Shown: positions 28,116 through 36,584 of the stretch, piece after piece
How positions within the stretch are numbered: position 1 is the stretch's first letter
Layout of the letters: each line of letters opens with the position of its first letter
Program-made: the position numbers and the translations under genes
The notes under the pieces: generated by a model
The model's input: only the letters and a program-made list of their open reading frames with translations
Told to the model about the DNA's origin: nothing
Database searches by the model: none
Source: an uncultured Candidatus Saccharibacteria bacterium
Lineage (GTDB): Bacteria; Patescibacteriota; Minisyncoccia; Phycocordibacterales; UBA9973
Assembly (NCBI GenBank): GCA_964474435.1
Contig: CAYYSI010000001.1
Span: 126,647 to 190,646, forward strand
Direction of reading: 5' to 3'
DNA length: 64,000 nt

Positions 28116-28144
28116 TTCCCAATTTTCAGTATAATCATGACTAT

Positions 28145-28708
28145 ATGGAAGTCACTAACGACATAGAAATGGACCCAGAGTTTGTGGAATCAAACGAAGA
28201 CGGGGATGAACTTGCCGGCTCTACGCAGGTCAAGAAACTCCAGGAGAAAATAAAGGCACTGGAGAAAGAAAAGACTGAATACCTCGATGGTTGGCAGCGT
28301 GCACGAGCGGATTACGCCAACCTTCAAAAGACTACTGACGAAGATAAAAAAAGATTTCGTGAACACTTCGCAACTCGCTTTGTCGAAGACCTCCTGCCAG
28401 TGATCGACAGCTTCAACATGGCCATGTCCAACAAAGAAGCATGGGAGAAAGTCGATCCAAACTGGCGCACAGGGGTAGAGTATATCTACGGCCAACTCAT
28501 GAACGCCCTCGGCGAACACAACCTCGAAGCCTTTGGTGAAAAGGGAGATCTCTTTGATCCCGTACTCCACGAAGCTGTCTCAGAAGTAGAGACAGGGGAC
28601 AAGCGATATGATCACCGGATTGATACAGTGCTTCAGCAAGGGTATAGACTAGGGGATACAATACTTCGTGCGGCGCGAGTAACTGTGCTCGTATATAAAG
28701 AAGCATAA
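28145..28708 (+). CDS. grpE: Nucleotide exchange factor GrpE
   Basis: Coiled-coil N-term, DYANLQKTTDEDKKRF, DLLPVIDSF. Confidence 0.9.
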   Translation: MEVTNDIEMDPEFVESNEDGDELAGSTQVKKLQEKIKALEKEKTEYLDGWQRARADYANLQKTTDEDKKRFREHFATRFVEDLLPVIDSFNMAMSNKEAWEKVDPNWRTGVEYIYGQLMNALGEHNLEAFGEKGDLFDPVLHEAVSEVETGDKRYDHRIDTVLQQGYRLGDTILRAARVTVLVYKEA

Positions 28709-28764
28709 TTGACTTATCCTCAATAATATGGTATTGTTTTATTGAACTTTAAAACAATTACGAA

Positions 28765-29076
28765 ATGAAAACATGTTGTGTCCTTTTTATTGCCATTATT
28801 CTTTTTTCTGCATGCCAGGAAAAAAACGTGTATGAAAGAGTTACTATCATCAGGAAGATTTCTATCGAAGAAATGCATCCGCCTCTACTACTAGCAAGAC
28901 CTCTTGCGGCTAAACAACTCCTTGATGGTTCATGTTACGTATTAGTGGAGGCTTCTGATCACTACCAGTACGTTGTTGTAAATCCAAAATGTGAATATCC
29001 TAACCGTGCCACTGTTAGGGTTTCCGTGGATACTAGTGGCAATAAATTCCCGGTGATACTTCATCGAGTGAAATAA
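28765..29076 (+). CDS. Small lipoprotein, hypothetical
   Basis: Signal peptide with lipobox LFSAC. Low GC. Confidence 0.45.
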   Translation: MKTCCVLFIAIILFSACQEKNVYERVTIIRKISIEEMHPPLLLARPLAAKQLLDGSCYVLVEASDHYQYVVVNPKCEYPNRATVRVSVDTSGNKFPVILHRVK

Positions 29077-29097
29077 TTTAGTAAACAAATGTTTAAA

Positions 29098-29124
29098 AGC
29101 TCCTTATTTAGGGAGCTTTTTATT
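29098..29124. terminator. Bidirectional terminator
   Basis: aaaagctcc-ttattta-gggagctttt. Confidence 0.55.
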
Positions 29125-29647
29125 TTGCTAATTTCAAAAATGCTTCTTCGGTTGCGGGATCAATAGTGTCGGTGACGAATATCATGAGCTCGGTGGTAAG
29201 CCCGAGGTCTTTTTTAATATTCATGAACATATACTCGAAAGGATACATTGATATCCAAACAGAGTTTTTAGCAGCAACGAAGCCCGCCTTTTTTAATATA
29301 TATCGCAGACCATCTCGTTCAGTCTTTTGGGTTTCGGGGACGTCGAGGAGGATGATGCGCCATTTGCCGTCCCAGTTGGGGTTAATGAGGCCAGTATCTG
29401 AGTCGAGCTTGGCAGAATGAGCCTTTTTGCGGCCGTCGCGGGTTAGCCTTGCGTACTCTTGCTGGCCTGAATGGTGGTATTCGACCAATCCTGCATCCTT
29501 GAGGCCCTTGAGCGAGCGTGCAAGGGCATATAAGGACTTTTTATCGCCATCTGGAGTGAGATCTCCAGTCAGCTTTGGCACTGCAACAGCGGGCTTTTCA
29601 GACAATAATCCCAATATTTTCTTGGAGAATTCCGGTTTTCTTGACAT
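29120..29647 (-). CDS. PaaX-like winged-helix transcriptional regulator (short form)
   Basis: C-terminal WDGKWRIILLDVPETQKTERDGLRYILKKAGFVAAKNSVWI matches the PaaX_C (Cas2-like fold) consensus W.G.W.lv.fDiPe..r..LR..L...GF..l..SVW. wHTH-like N-terminus. Confidence 0.5.
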   Translation of the reverse strand: MSRKPEFSKKILGLLSEKPAVAVPKLTGDLTPDGDKKSLYALARSLKGLKDAGLVEYHHSGQQEYARLTRDGRKKAHSAKLDSDTGLINPNWDGKWRIILLDVPETQKTERDGLRYILKKAGFVAAKNSVWISMYPFEYMFMNIKKDLGLTTELMIFVTDTIDPATEEAFLKLAK

Positions 29648-29755
29648 ACAAAAACGATATCACTATACTGTTATTTGTACAAGTATTTTGCGGTCGCGAA
29701 ATTATGGTAGAAATGCTGAAAATACTTTATTATCATTATTTTTTTAAATTAAATT

Positions 29756-31660
29756 ATGGCAAAAATCATTGGAATTGATCTTGGAACTACAAACAGTGCT
29801 GTCGCCATCATCGAAGGTGGTCAGCCTAAAATTATCGAAAACATCGAAGGCGCACGCACGACACCGTCTATTGTCGCAGTCGGCAAAAATGGCGATCGTC
29901 TTGTGGGGCTACTCGCGAAGCGTCAGGCAGTGACCAATCCAGAAAACACGATCTACGGTATCAAGCGATTTATGGGTCACAAAGCATCTGACGAAGGTTT
30001 GGACAAAGTGATCAAAAGTTCATCATTCAAGGTCTCTCATGGCACTGACGGCGGTGTACAAGTAAAGCTTGGTGACAAGGACTACCGTCCCGAAGAAATC
30101 TCAGCGATGATCTTGCAAAAGATTAAGTCTGATGTCGAAGCAAAGCTCGGTGAAAAGGTCACCGAAGCGATCATCACTGTCCCTGCATACTTCAACGATG
30201 CACAACGCAAGGCTACCAAAGACGCTGGTGCAATCGCAGGGCTTGATGTGAAGCGCATCATCAACGAACCAACCGCGGCCGCCCTCGCATACGGATTTAA
30301 CACCAAAAAGAATGAAAAGATCGCAGTGTACGACTTTGGTGGAGGAACATTCGACGTATCTATCCTCGAAGTTTCTGACATCGACGACCAGCAATCTATC
30401 GAAGTGAAGTCTACCGATGGTGATTCACTCATGGGAGGCCGCGATATCGACCAAAAGATCATGCACTGGATCGCAGACGAATTCAAAAAGCAGTCAGGTG
30501 TCGACGTACTCAACGACCCTCTCGCTCGCCAGCGACTCGACGAAGCCGCAGAAAAAGCAAAGATCGAACTCTCAACCACTCCAGAAACTGAAATCAACAT
30601 TCCATTCATCACCTCAACTGATGCTGGCCCACAGCACTTGCTCCTCAAGATGACCAAGGCACAACTCGAAAGTATCGCAGATGAATTCATTGCGCGATCT
30701 ATCGAGATCACCAAGCGCGCAGTCGAAGCATCCCCGTTCAAGATGTCTGAAATCAACGAAGTCATCCTTGTCGGTGGTCAGACTCGCATGCCGAAAATTG
30801 TAGAGGAAGTAAAGAAACTCTTTGGCAAGGAACCAAATCGCTCTATCAACCCTGACGAGGTCGTAGCGCTCGGTGCAGCTGTCCAAGGTGGCGTGCTCCA
30901 AGGTGATGTGCGTGACGTGCTTTTGCTCGACGTGATCCCGCTTTCACTCGGTATCGAGACAATGGGCGGTGTTGCAACCAAACTCATCGATCGCAATACA
31001 ACAATCCCGTCATCCAAGAGTCAGGTATTCTCAACTGCTGCTGATAACCAGACATCGGTCGAGATCCACATCACGCAAGGTGAGCGACCAATGGCTAGTG
31101 ATAACAAATCCCTCGGACGATTTATCCTCGATGGCATCCCACCAGCACCACGTGGCATGCCACAAGTAGAAGTCACCTTTGATGTCGACTCCAACGGTAT
31201 CCTCGCGGTCAAAGCCAAGGATAAGGCATCTGGCAAAGAGCAATCTATCCGCATCGAGGCTTCATCCGGACTCACGCCAGACGACATCGAACGCATGAAA
31301 AAGGATGCTGAGATCCACGCCAAAGAAGACGAAGAAAAGAAAGCCCTCGTCGATGTCAAAAACTCTGCTGACATGAACATCTTTACTGCAGAGAAATCTC
31401 TCGCAGATCACGGTGACAAACTCCCTCAGGAACTCAAAGACTCTGTGAATGCAAAAGTTGCAGAACTCAAGACTGCAAAAGAGGGAAGTGGCAAGGCTGC
31501 AATCGAAGCCGCTATCCACGCACTCTCTGGTGAACTCTCAAAGATAGGTGAGCACATGCAAAAAGAATCTGCTGGACAAGAAAGTCCTGGCACAGACTCT
31601 GCCCCAAAGGATGCTGAAGCGACTGATACAACAGGAGAACCAGAAGCTCCAAAGGAATAA
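29756..31660 (+). CDS. dnaK: Chaperone DnaK (Hsp70)
   Basis: [37 protein letters not shown]. 634 aa. Confidence 0.95.
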   Translation: MAKIIGIDLGTTNSAVAIIEGGQPKIIENIEGARTTPSIVAVGKNGDRLVGLLAKRQAVTNPENTIYGIKRFMGHKASDEGLDKVIKSSSFKVSHGTDGGVQVKLGDKDYRPEEISAMILQKIKSDVEAKLGEKVTEAIITVPAYFNDAQRKATKDAGAIAGLDVKRIINEPTAAALAYGFNTKKNEKIAVYDFGGGTFDVSILEVSDIDDQQSIEVKSTDGDSLMGGRDIDQKIMHWIADEFKKQSGVDVLNDPLARQRLDEAAEKAKIELSTTPETEINIPFITSTDAGPQHLLLKMTKAQLESIADEFIARSIEITKRAVEASPFKMSEINEVILVGGQTRMPKIVEEVKKLFGKEPNRSINPDEVVALGAAVQGGVLQGDVRDVLLLDVIPLSLGIETMGGVATKLIDRNTTIPSSKSQVFSTAADNQTSVEIHITQGERPMASDNKSLGRFILDGIPPAPRGMPQVEVTFDVDSNGILAVKAKDKASGKEQSIRIEASSGLTPDDIERMKKDAEIHAKEDEEKKALVDVKNSADMNIFTAEKSLADHGDKLPQELKDSVNAKVAELKTAKEGSGKAAIEAAIHALSGELSKIGEHMQKESAGQESPGTDSAPKDAEATDTTGEPEAPKE

Positions 31661-31715
31661 TCGATTACAATCCGTATTCTCTTAAAAAGCCCTAAAAATG
31701 GGGCTTTTTAATTTA

Positions 31716-31744
31716 TTGACTTATATGAAAATATGTGCTATTAT
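31716..31744. promoter_or_regulatory. Promoter TTGACT-17-TATTAT immediately after a terminator hairpin (31688-31712)
   Basis: Read directly. Confidence 0.5.
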
Positions 31745-31783
31745 ATATAAGTAAACAAGTTCTAAAACAATTAAATAAAAAAT

Positions 31784-32053
31784 ATGAAAAAATATTGCGT
31801 AAGAATCTGCTGGTCTGTACTTCCTGGCATAATAAGCCTCATTTTAGCCTTGTTGTCATTTAGTAACGGATGGTGGAATAAATTAACTGATACTATTGAC
31901 GTAGGTACAACAGGATCAGGATTATTATCGCCATTTATAGCGATAATAATAATTATAGTTGTACCCCTTATTTTTTTCACATTCTTAATTGAGTTTCTTG
32001 ATGACCGGTTTTTTAAAACTGGACTTAAGATATGGAGAAAAACAACAGGATAA
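31784..32053 (+). CDS. Small membrane protein, hypothetical
   Basis: Two TM helices. Very low GC. Confidence 0.4.
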   Translation: MKKYCVRICWSVLPGIISLILALLSFSNGWWNKLTDTIDVGTTGSGLLSPFIAIIIIIVVPLIFFTFLIEFLDDRFFKTGLKIWRKTTG

Positions 32054-32066
32054 GTAATGCATTTTT

Positions 32067-32112
32067 GCCCTGAAATAATTTATTAAACACAAATTATTTC
32101 AGGGCTTTTTTT
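32067..32112. terminator. Long-stem intrinsic terminator
   Basis: ccctgaaataattt...aattatttcaggg followed by ttttttt. Confidence 0.65.
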
Positions 32113-32135
32113 ATTTCTCACATATGGTATAGTAC

Positions 32136-32213
32136 TCACACCTATGAACAAGAAACGAAAAGTAGCTGCAAAAAAGAAGCGCAAGAAGGATGGCAAGACC
32201 GTCTCTCTACGAC
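32136..32213 (+). CDS. 25-aa highly basic micro-ORF with its own promoter-like -10 and terminator (not in track)
   Basis: MNKKRKVAAKKKRKKDGKTVSLRHR. Followed by the hairpin cccgc-tacaag-gcggg plus T-run at 32225-32250. Confidence 0.3.
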
Positions 32214-32287
32214 ATCGATAATCCTCGTATTGTCATAGAAAATCCCGCTACAAGGCGGGTTTTCTTATGGGAAAAATGTGGTAAAAT

Positions 32288-33358
32288 ATGCATATGAGCA
32301 AAGACTATTACGAGACACTTGGCGTCCAAAAAAGCGCCTCAAAGGATGAGATTAAAAAGGCCTTCCACAAGATGGCGCATAAATACCATCCTGATAAATC
32401 GACTGGGGACGAAGCCAAGTTCAAGGAAGTAAACGAAGCGTATCAGACGCTCTCTGATGATCAGAAGCGTGCGCAGTATGATCAGTTTGGATCAGCTGGA
32501 CCACAAATGGGTGGCGGATACGATGCAGGTGGATTTGGCGGGTTTGACTTTAATGGCTTTGGACAAGGTGGATTTGAGTTCGACATGGGAGATATGTTTG
32601 GGGATCTCTTTGGTGGTGGTCGCAAAGCGCGACAACAGCGCGGCGCTGATTTGCAGACATCTATCTCTATAGAGTTCAAAGATGCAGTCTTTGGTGTCGA
32701 ACGCGAGCTCCATATCAAGAAACCTTCGACCTGTACGACCTGTAAAGGTGATGGTGCAAAACCTGGGACAAATCTCGAGACGTGTAGCCAATGTAACGGT
32801 AAAGGTCAGGTACGCAACATTCAGCGCACAATCCTCGGCTCAATCGCAACCAACCAAACCTGTGACAAATGTCATGGCGTCGGCAAGATCCCCAAGGATC
32901 CATGTACGACCTGTCACGGCAAAGGCGTGGTCAACGAATCCCGAACCATCAAACTTAACGTTCCAGCCGGGATTCAAAATGGCGAGACCCTCCGTCTCGC
33001 TGGTATGGGGGAGGCGATCACTGGTGGACAGTCAGGGGACTTGTATGTACATGTCTCTGTCGCTAGTCACAAGACGATACAGCGCATACAAAACGACCTC
33101 GTGACCACACTTCCGATCAAGCTCACCGATGCACTCCTTGGTGCAACGTACGCAGTCAAAACTCTCGACGGTACTGAGCAAATCTCTATCCCGACAGGTA
33201 CGAGAGTAGGAGACACAATCACGCTGAAGCACAAAGGTGTGCCAACATCTAGCTCAAAGCGAGGCAACTTCGTCATCAAACTCGATATCAAACTTCCTGA
33301 GAAGTTGAGTAAGCACGCAAAGGAGGTGATAGAGGAATTGAAGAAGGAGGGGATTTAA
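32288..33358 (+). CDS. dnaJ: Chaperone DnaJ
   Basis: J domain (YYETLGV...HPDK), G/F-rich linker, four CxxCxGxG zinc-finger repeats. Confidence 0.9.
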   Translation: MHMSKDYYETLGVQKSASKDEIKKAFHKMAHKYHPDKSTGDEAKFKEVNEAYQTLSDDQKRAQYDQFGSAGPQMGGGYDAGGFGGFDFNGFGQGGFEFDMGDMFGDLFGGGRKARQQRGADLQTSISIEFKDAVFGVERELHIKKPSTCTTCKGDGAKPGTNLETCSQCNGKGQVRNIQRTILGSIATNQTCDKCHGVGKIPKDPCTTCHGKGVVNESRTIKLNVPAGIQNGETLRLAGMGEAITGGQSGDLYVHVSVASHKTIQRIQNDLVTTLPIKLTDALLGATYAVKTLDGTEQISIPTGTRVGDTITLKHKGVPTSSSKRGNFVIKLDIKLPEKLSKHAKEVIEELKKEGI

Positions 33359-33403
33359 ACAATAAACTCACTGAAAAGCCTTTAGAAATAAGGGCTTTTT
33401 ATA

Positions 33404-33432
33404 TTGACAAATTATGTAAAATATGCTATGAT
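33404..33432. promoter_or_regulatory. Promoter TTGACA-17-TATGAT following a terminator hairpin (33376-33400)
   Basis: Read directly. Confidence 0.55.
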
Positions 33433-33462
33433 TTATATAGTTCTTCACCAAAAAAATAAAAC

Positions 33463-33840
33463 ATGAAAAAAGTAATTGTTTTCATAACTGTTGCAATAGC
33501 GACATTTGCCTCATACAGTGTTTCTTCATACTTTCTTAAGTTGTTATATATTCAATATCCCTCAGATTTCAGCGACGATAAGAATTATCTCTTTGTAAAA
33601 ATGATATTGGCCACAATCGTGTGGGCTGGTGTCGTTGCATTGATTCTCTTTCTTATGAAAAAGGAATTCAAAGAGAAAGACGAATTAACGAAACCCGAAA
33701 AGGAATTTAGAGAGTATTATAGTAACCTGTTTGATGATCTTTATGGTTGGGCAATAGGGACTTTTGCTCTTATTGGTATTTTCCTTATGCCCTTACTAGT
33801 ATGGGTTAGCAACGATATTGTGCACTGGATCGTTCGTTGA
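33463..33840 (+). CDS. Membrane protein, hypothetical
   Basis: 3 TM helices. Low GC. Confidence 0.45.
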   Translation: MKKVIVFITVAIATFASYSVSSYFLKLLYIQYPSDFSDDKNYLFVKMILATIVWAGVVALILFLMKKEFKEKDELTKPEKEFREYYSNLFDDLYGWAIGTFALIGIFLMPLLVWVSNDIVHWIVR

Positions 33841-33857
33841 AAATAATTTCGTTGTTT

Positions 33858-33889
33858 AAAGTAGCCTTTCGTAAAACGGAAGGCTTTTT
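33858..33889. terminator. Intrinsic terminator
   Basis: agcctttcg-taaaa-cggaaggct followed by ttttttt. Confidence 0.65.
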
Positions 33890-33921
33890 TTATTGCCCAG
33901 ATTTGCTAGAATACAATCACT

Positions 33922-35379
33922 ATGGCATCCATTCCAGAACTGCGGGACGAGCGACTGAAAAAGAAGGCGATACTTGAGGACAAGGGCATTAACCCATATC
34001 CGGCTACAACCAATCGCACTGACGCGATCAACCTTTTTATCGACCGCTTTACTATCTACGAAACTGGCAAAGACACTATCACGCTTGCAGGACGCATCAT
34101 GTCCAAACGTGGCCAAGGAGGTCTCGCATTTGCAGATATCTTTGATGGCACAGGTAGCATGCAGCTCTTCTTGAAATCTGACGAGATGGACGCTGTCGCA
34201 TATGAACTCTGGAACGAAACGACTGACGTTGGCGACTTCGTTGAAGCGACTGGTATCGCATACACAACCAAGCGCGGCGAAAAGGCACTCTTTGTATCAA
34301 GCTGGAACATGCTTGCAAAGTCATTGCTTCCACTTCCTGAAAAATGGCATGGACTTGCTGACGAGGATGAGCGCTACCGCAAACGATACCTCGATATCCT
34401 GACCAATCCTGAGCTTCGTGCGATGTTTGATCAGAAGGCGAAGTTTTGGGAAGTGACACGCAACTTCATGAAAGAGAGCGGCTTTATGGAAGTCGAAACC
34501 CCGACACTTGAAGTCACAACTGGTGGAGCTGAAGCAAATCCGTTCAAAACATTCCACAAAGACTTTGCACTCGATGTGTTCATGCGCATCTCTGTCGGAG
34601 AGTTGTGGCAGAAGCGTCTGATGGCGGCCGGATTCCCAAAGACTTTTGAGATCGGTCGTGTGTATCGTAACGAAGGCTCTGGTCCTGACCACCTCCAAGA
34701 ATTCACGAACATGGAGTTTTATTGGGGCTATGCAGACTACGAGGCAGGCATGAAGCTCGTCGAGCAACTCTATCGCAAGATTGCAGAGGAGGCATTTGGT
34801 ACGACTACATTTACTACACGTGGACACACCTTTGACCTAAACGATGAATGGAAACGGATTGATTATGTACAGGAGATCGAAAAGCAAACAGGTATCAATG
34901 TGCTGGATGCATCCGAAGACGACATGCGTGCAAAGCTCGATGAGCTCGGCGTGAAGTATACTGGCACCAACAAAGAACGCCTCACCGACACTCTTTGGAA
35001 ATATTGCCGCAAGTCTATTAGCGGCCCAGCATTTCTCGTGCGTGTACCCAAGCTCGTTTCTCCGCTTGCAAAGGCATGTGTTGATGACCCACGAGTAACT
35101 GAGCGTTTCCAGGTACTCCTTGCAGGCTCTGAAGTAGGGAATGGATTCTCTGAGCTCAATGATCCAGTCGACCAGCGTGCACGATTTGATCTACAGCAAT
35201 CAATGATTGATCGAGGCGATGATGAAGCAATGATGCCCGAATGGGAATTCGTCGAGATGCTCGAGCATGGCATGCCACCAACGTGTGGGTTTGGATTTGG
35301 TGAGCGACTGTTTGCATTCCTTGTGGACAAGCCTCTTCGTGAGACACAGCTTTTCCCACTTTTGAAGCCGAGGGAATAA
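33922..35379 (+). CDS. lysS: Lysyl-tRNA synthetase (class II)
   Basis: OB-fold anticodon-binding N-term, class II motifs (FMEVETPTLE, RVYRNEG...), C-terminal GFGFGERL. Confidence 0.9.
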   Translation: MASIPELRDERLKKKAILEDKGINPYPATTNRTDAINLFIDRFTIYETGKDTITLAGRIMSKRGQGGLAFADIFDGTGSMQLFLKSDEMDAVAYELWNETTDVGDFVEATGIAYTTKRGEKALFVSSWNMLAKSLLPLPEKWHGLADEDERYRKRYLDILTNPELRAMFDQKAKFWEVTRNFMKESGFMEVETPTLEVTTGGAEANPFKTFHKDFALDVFMRISVGELWQKRLMAAGFPKTFEIGRVYRNEGSGPDHLQEFTNMEFYWGYADYEAGMKLVEQLYRKIAEEAFGTTTFTTRGHTFDLNDEWKRIDYVQEIEKQTGINVLDASEDDMRAKLDELGVKYTGTNKERLTDTLWKYCRKSISGPAFLVRVPKLVSPLAKACVDDPRVTERFQVLLAGSEVGNGFSELNDPVDQRARFDLQQSMIDRGDDEAMMPEWEFVEMLEHGMPPTCGFGFGERLFAFLVDKPLRETQLFPLLKPRE

Positions 35380-35381
35380 AT

Positions 35382-35831
35382 ATGTTGATGGTAAAAACTA
35401 AAATTAAAGAAAGTACAATTCTTGGAGCAGGTATGGGGCTCTTCGCTTCTCAATTTATTGCAAAAGGAACAGTGATGTGGAGGTTCTGTCCCGGGTATGA
35501 CCTAATCGTTCCAAAAGATGATTTGTTACGGTTTTCTGAAGAATCACGTGCCCAATTTTTGAACTACTGTTATTTCAACAAGAAGACAAAACACTTCATT
35601 CTCTGTGGTGATGACGAACGATTTATTAATCATTCTGAAAACCCGAATGTTATTCAAAGTGAAACGGGAGATGAGATTGAGGGTGTAGAACTTGCGGCTC
35701 GCGATATACAGATTGGTGAGGAATTGTTTGTAAATTACTACGAATTTGATGAAGATGCGGAACGTAAACTCAAGAATGGCGATATGAGTATGTATCTCAA
35801 ATACGAAGAAGGGAATCAAAACACACTATGA
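35382..35831 (+). CDS. SET-domain protein (putative lysine methyltransferase)
   Basis: RFINHSENPN...GEELFVNYYEF matches SET core motifs NHSxxPN and ELxxxY. It starts 2 nt after the lysS stop and overlaps the next gene by 4 nt. Confidence 0.65.
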   Translation: MLMVKTKIKESTILGAGMGLFASQFIAKGTVMWRFCPGYDLIVPKDDLLRFSEESRAQFLNYCYFNKKTKHFILCGDDERFINHSENPNVIQSETGDEIEGVELAARDIQIGEELFVNYYEFDEDAERKLKNGDMSMYLKYEEGNQNTL

Positions 35832-36406
35832 TCACCATAGCGCTAGCTATCATCGCAGTTATTCTTCAAATAATAGGTCACATACAGTACAACCGTGAGC
35901 CTGACATTCGTCCCAACCTGACATCATGGTCTATCTGGGGTCTCACTTCGCTTATCGATACGCTCAACTATATTGACCTCACTGGTGACTGGCAAAAGAA
36001 TTTACTGTCTATTACATGTTCGGTGTGTTGCCTGATAACCTGGGCGCTATTGTTATTCAAAGGGAAGTTTAGTATTCCAAAACTGAGAGATTATATCAGT
36101 CTAGGAGTTTCTGCGCTCGCATTGATTCTCTGGAAAAACTTTGGTCTTGTCCGTGAATCAAGTGCGGTACTACAAGTAGACAATGTCATTTCCTTTATTC
36201 CGATCATTACTACAACATGGCATGATCCCAAATCAGAACGCCCTGCGGCATGGACATGGTGGACTGCATCGTATGGACTAGGTACAATCGTCGTCCTACT
36301 ACGTATGAACGATCCGGTGGAACTGTTATTTCCATTGAGTTGCTTTGTACTACATCTATTTGTGGCAGTGTTTGCACTTGGCAAACACAAGAAAATCGTT
36401 TCGTAG
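35828..36406 (+). CDS. Polytopic membrane protein, hypothetical
   Basis: 5-6 predicted TM helices. Confidence 0.5.
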   Translation: MITIALAIIAVILQIIGHIQYNREPDIRPNLTSWSIWGLTSLIDTLNYIDLTGDWQKNLLSITCSVCCLITWALLLFKGKFSIPKLRDYISLGVSALALILWKNFGLVRESSAVLQVDNVISFIPIITTTWHDPKSERPAAWTWWTASYGLGTIVVLLRMNDPVELLFPLSCFVLHLFVAVFALGKHKKIVS

Positions 36407-36584
36407 TTTTGAATATCTATTCTATAATTAAGTCCATGGACAGAAGCTCAAAGATCTTAATAGCTATTATCATTATTGGTGTAGTTGCTTCACTGGCAGT
36501 ACTATATCGAAATACGATGATGTCACAAAGTTTTGAGATAATTCAGAATGAGAATGGTATACCAGAGGTACCTGAAGAATAACC

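Noticed and set aside
27917-28138. 73-aa minus-strand ORF inside the candidate ncRNA unit
   Set aside because: It has no promoter or RBS context on the minus strand and runs antisense through the plus-strand terminator hairpin. The composition is not protein-like.
28100-29760. CIRCE/HrcA operator upstream of grpE or dnaK
   Set aside because: No TTAGCACTC-N9-GAGTGCTAA-like inverted repeat is present in either upstream region.
34321-34827. 168-aa minus-strand ORF and several others antisense within lysS (34056-34459, 34863-35453)
   Set aside because: Antisense to a full-length, motif-complete class II LysRS.
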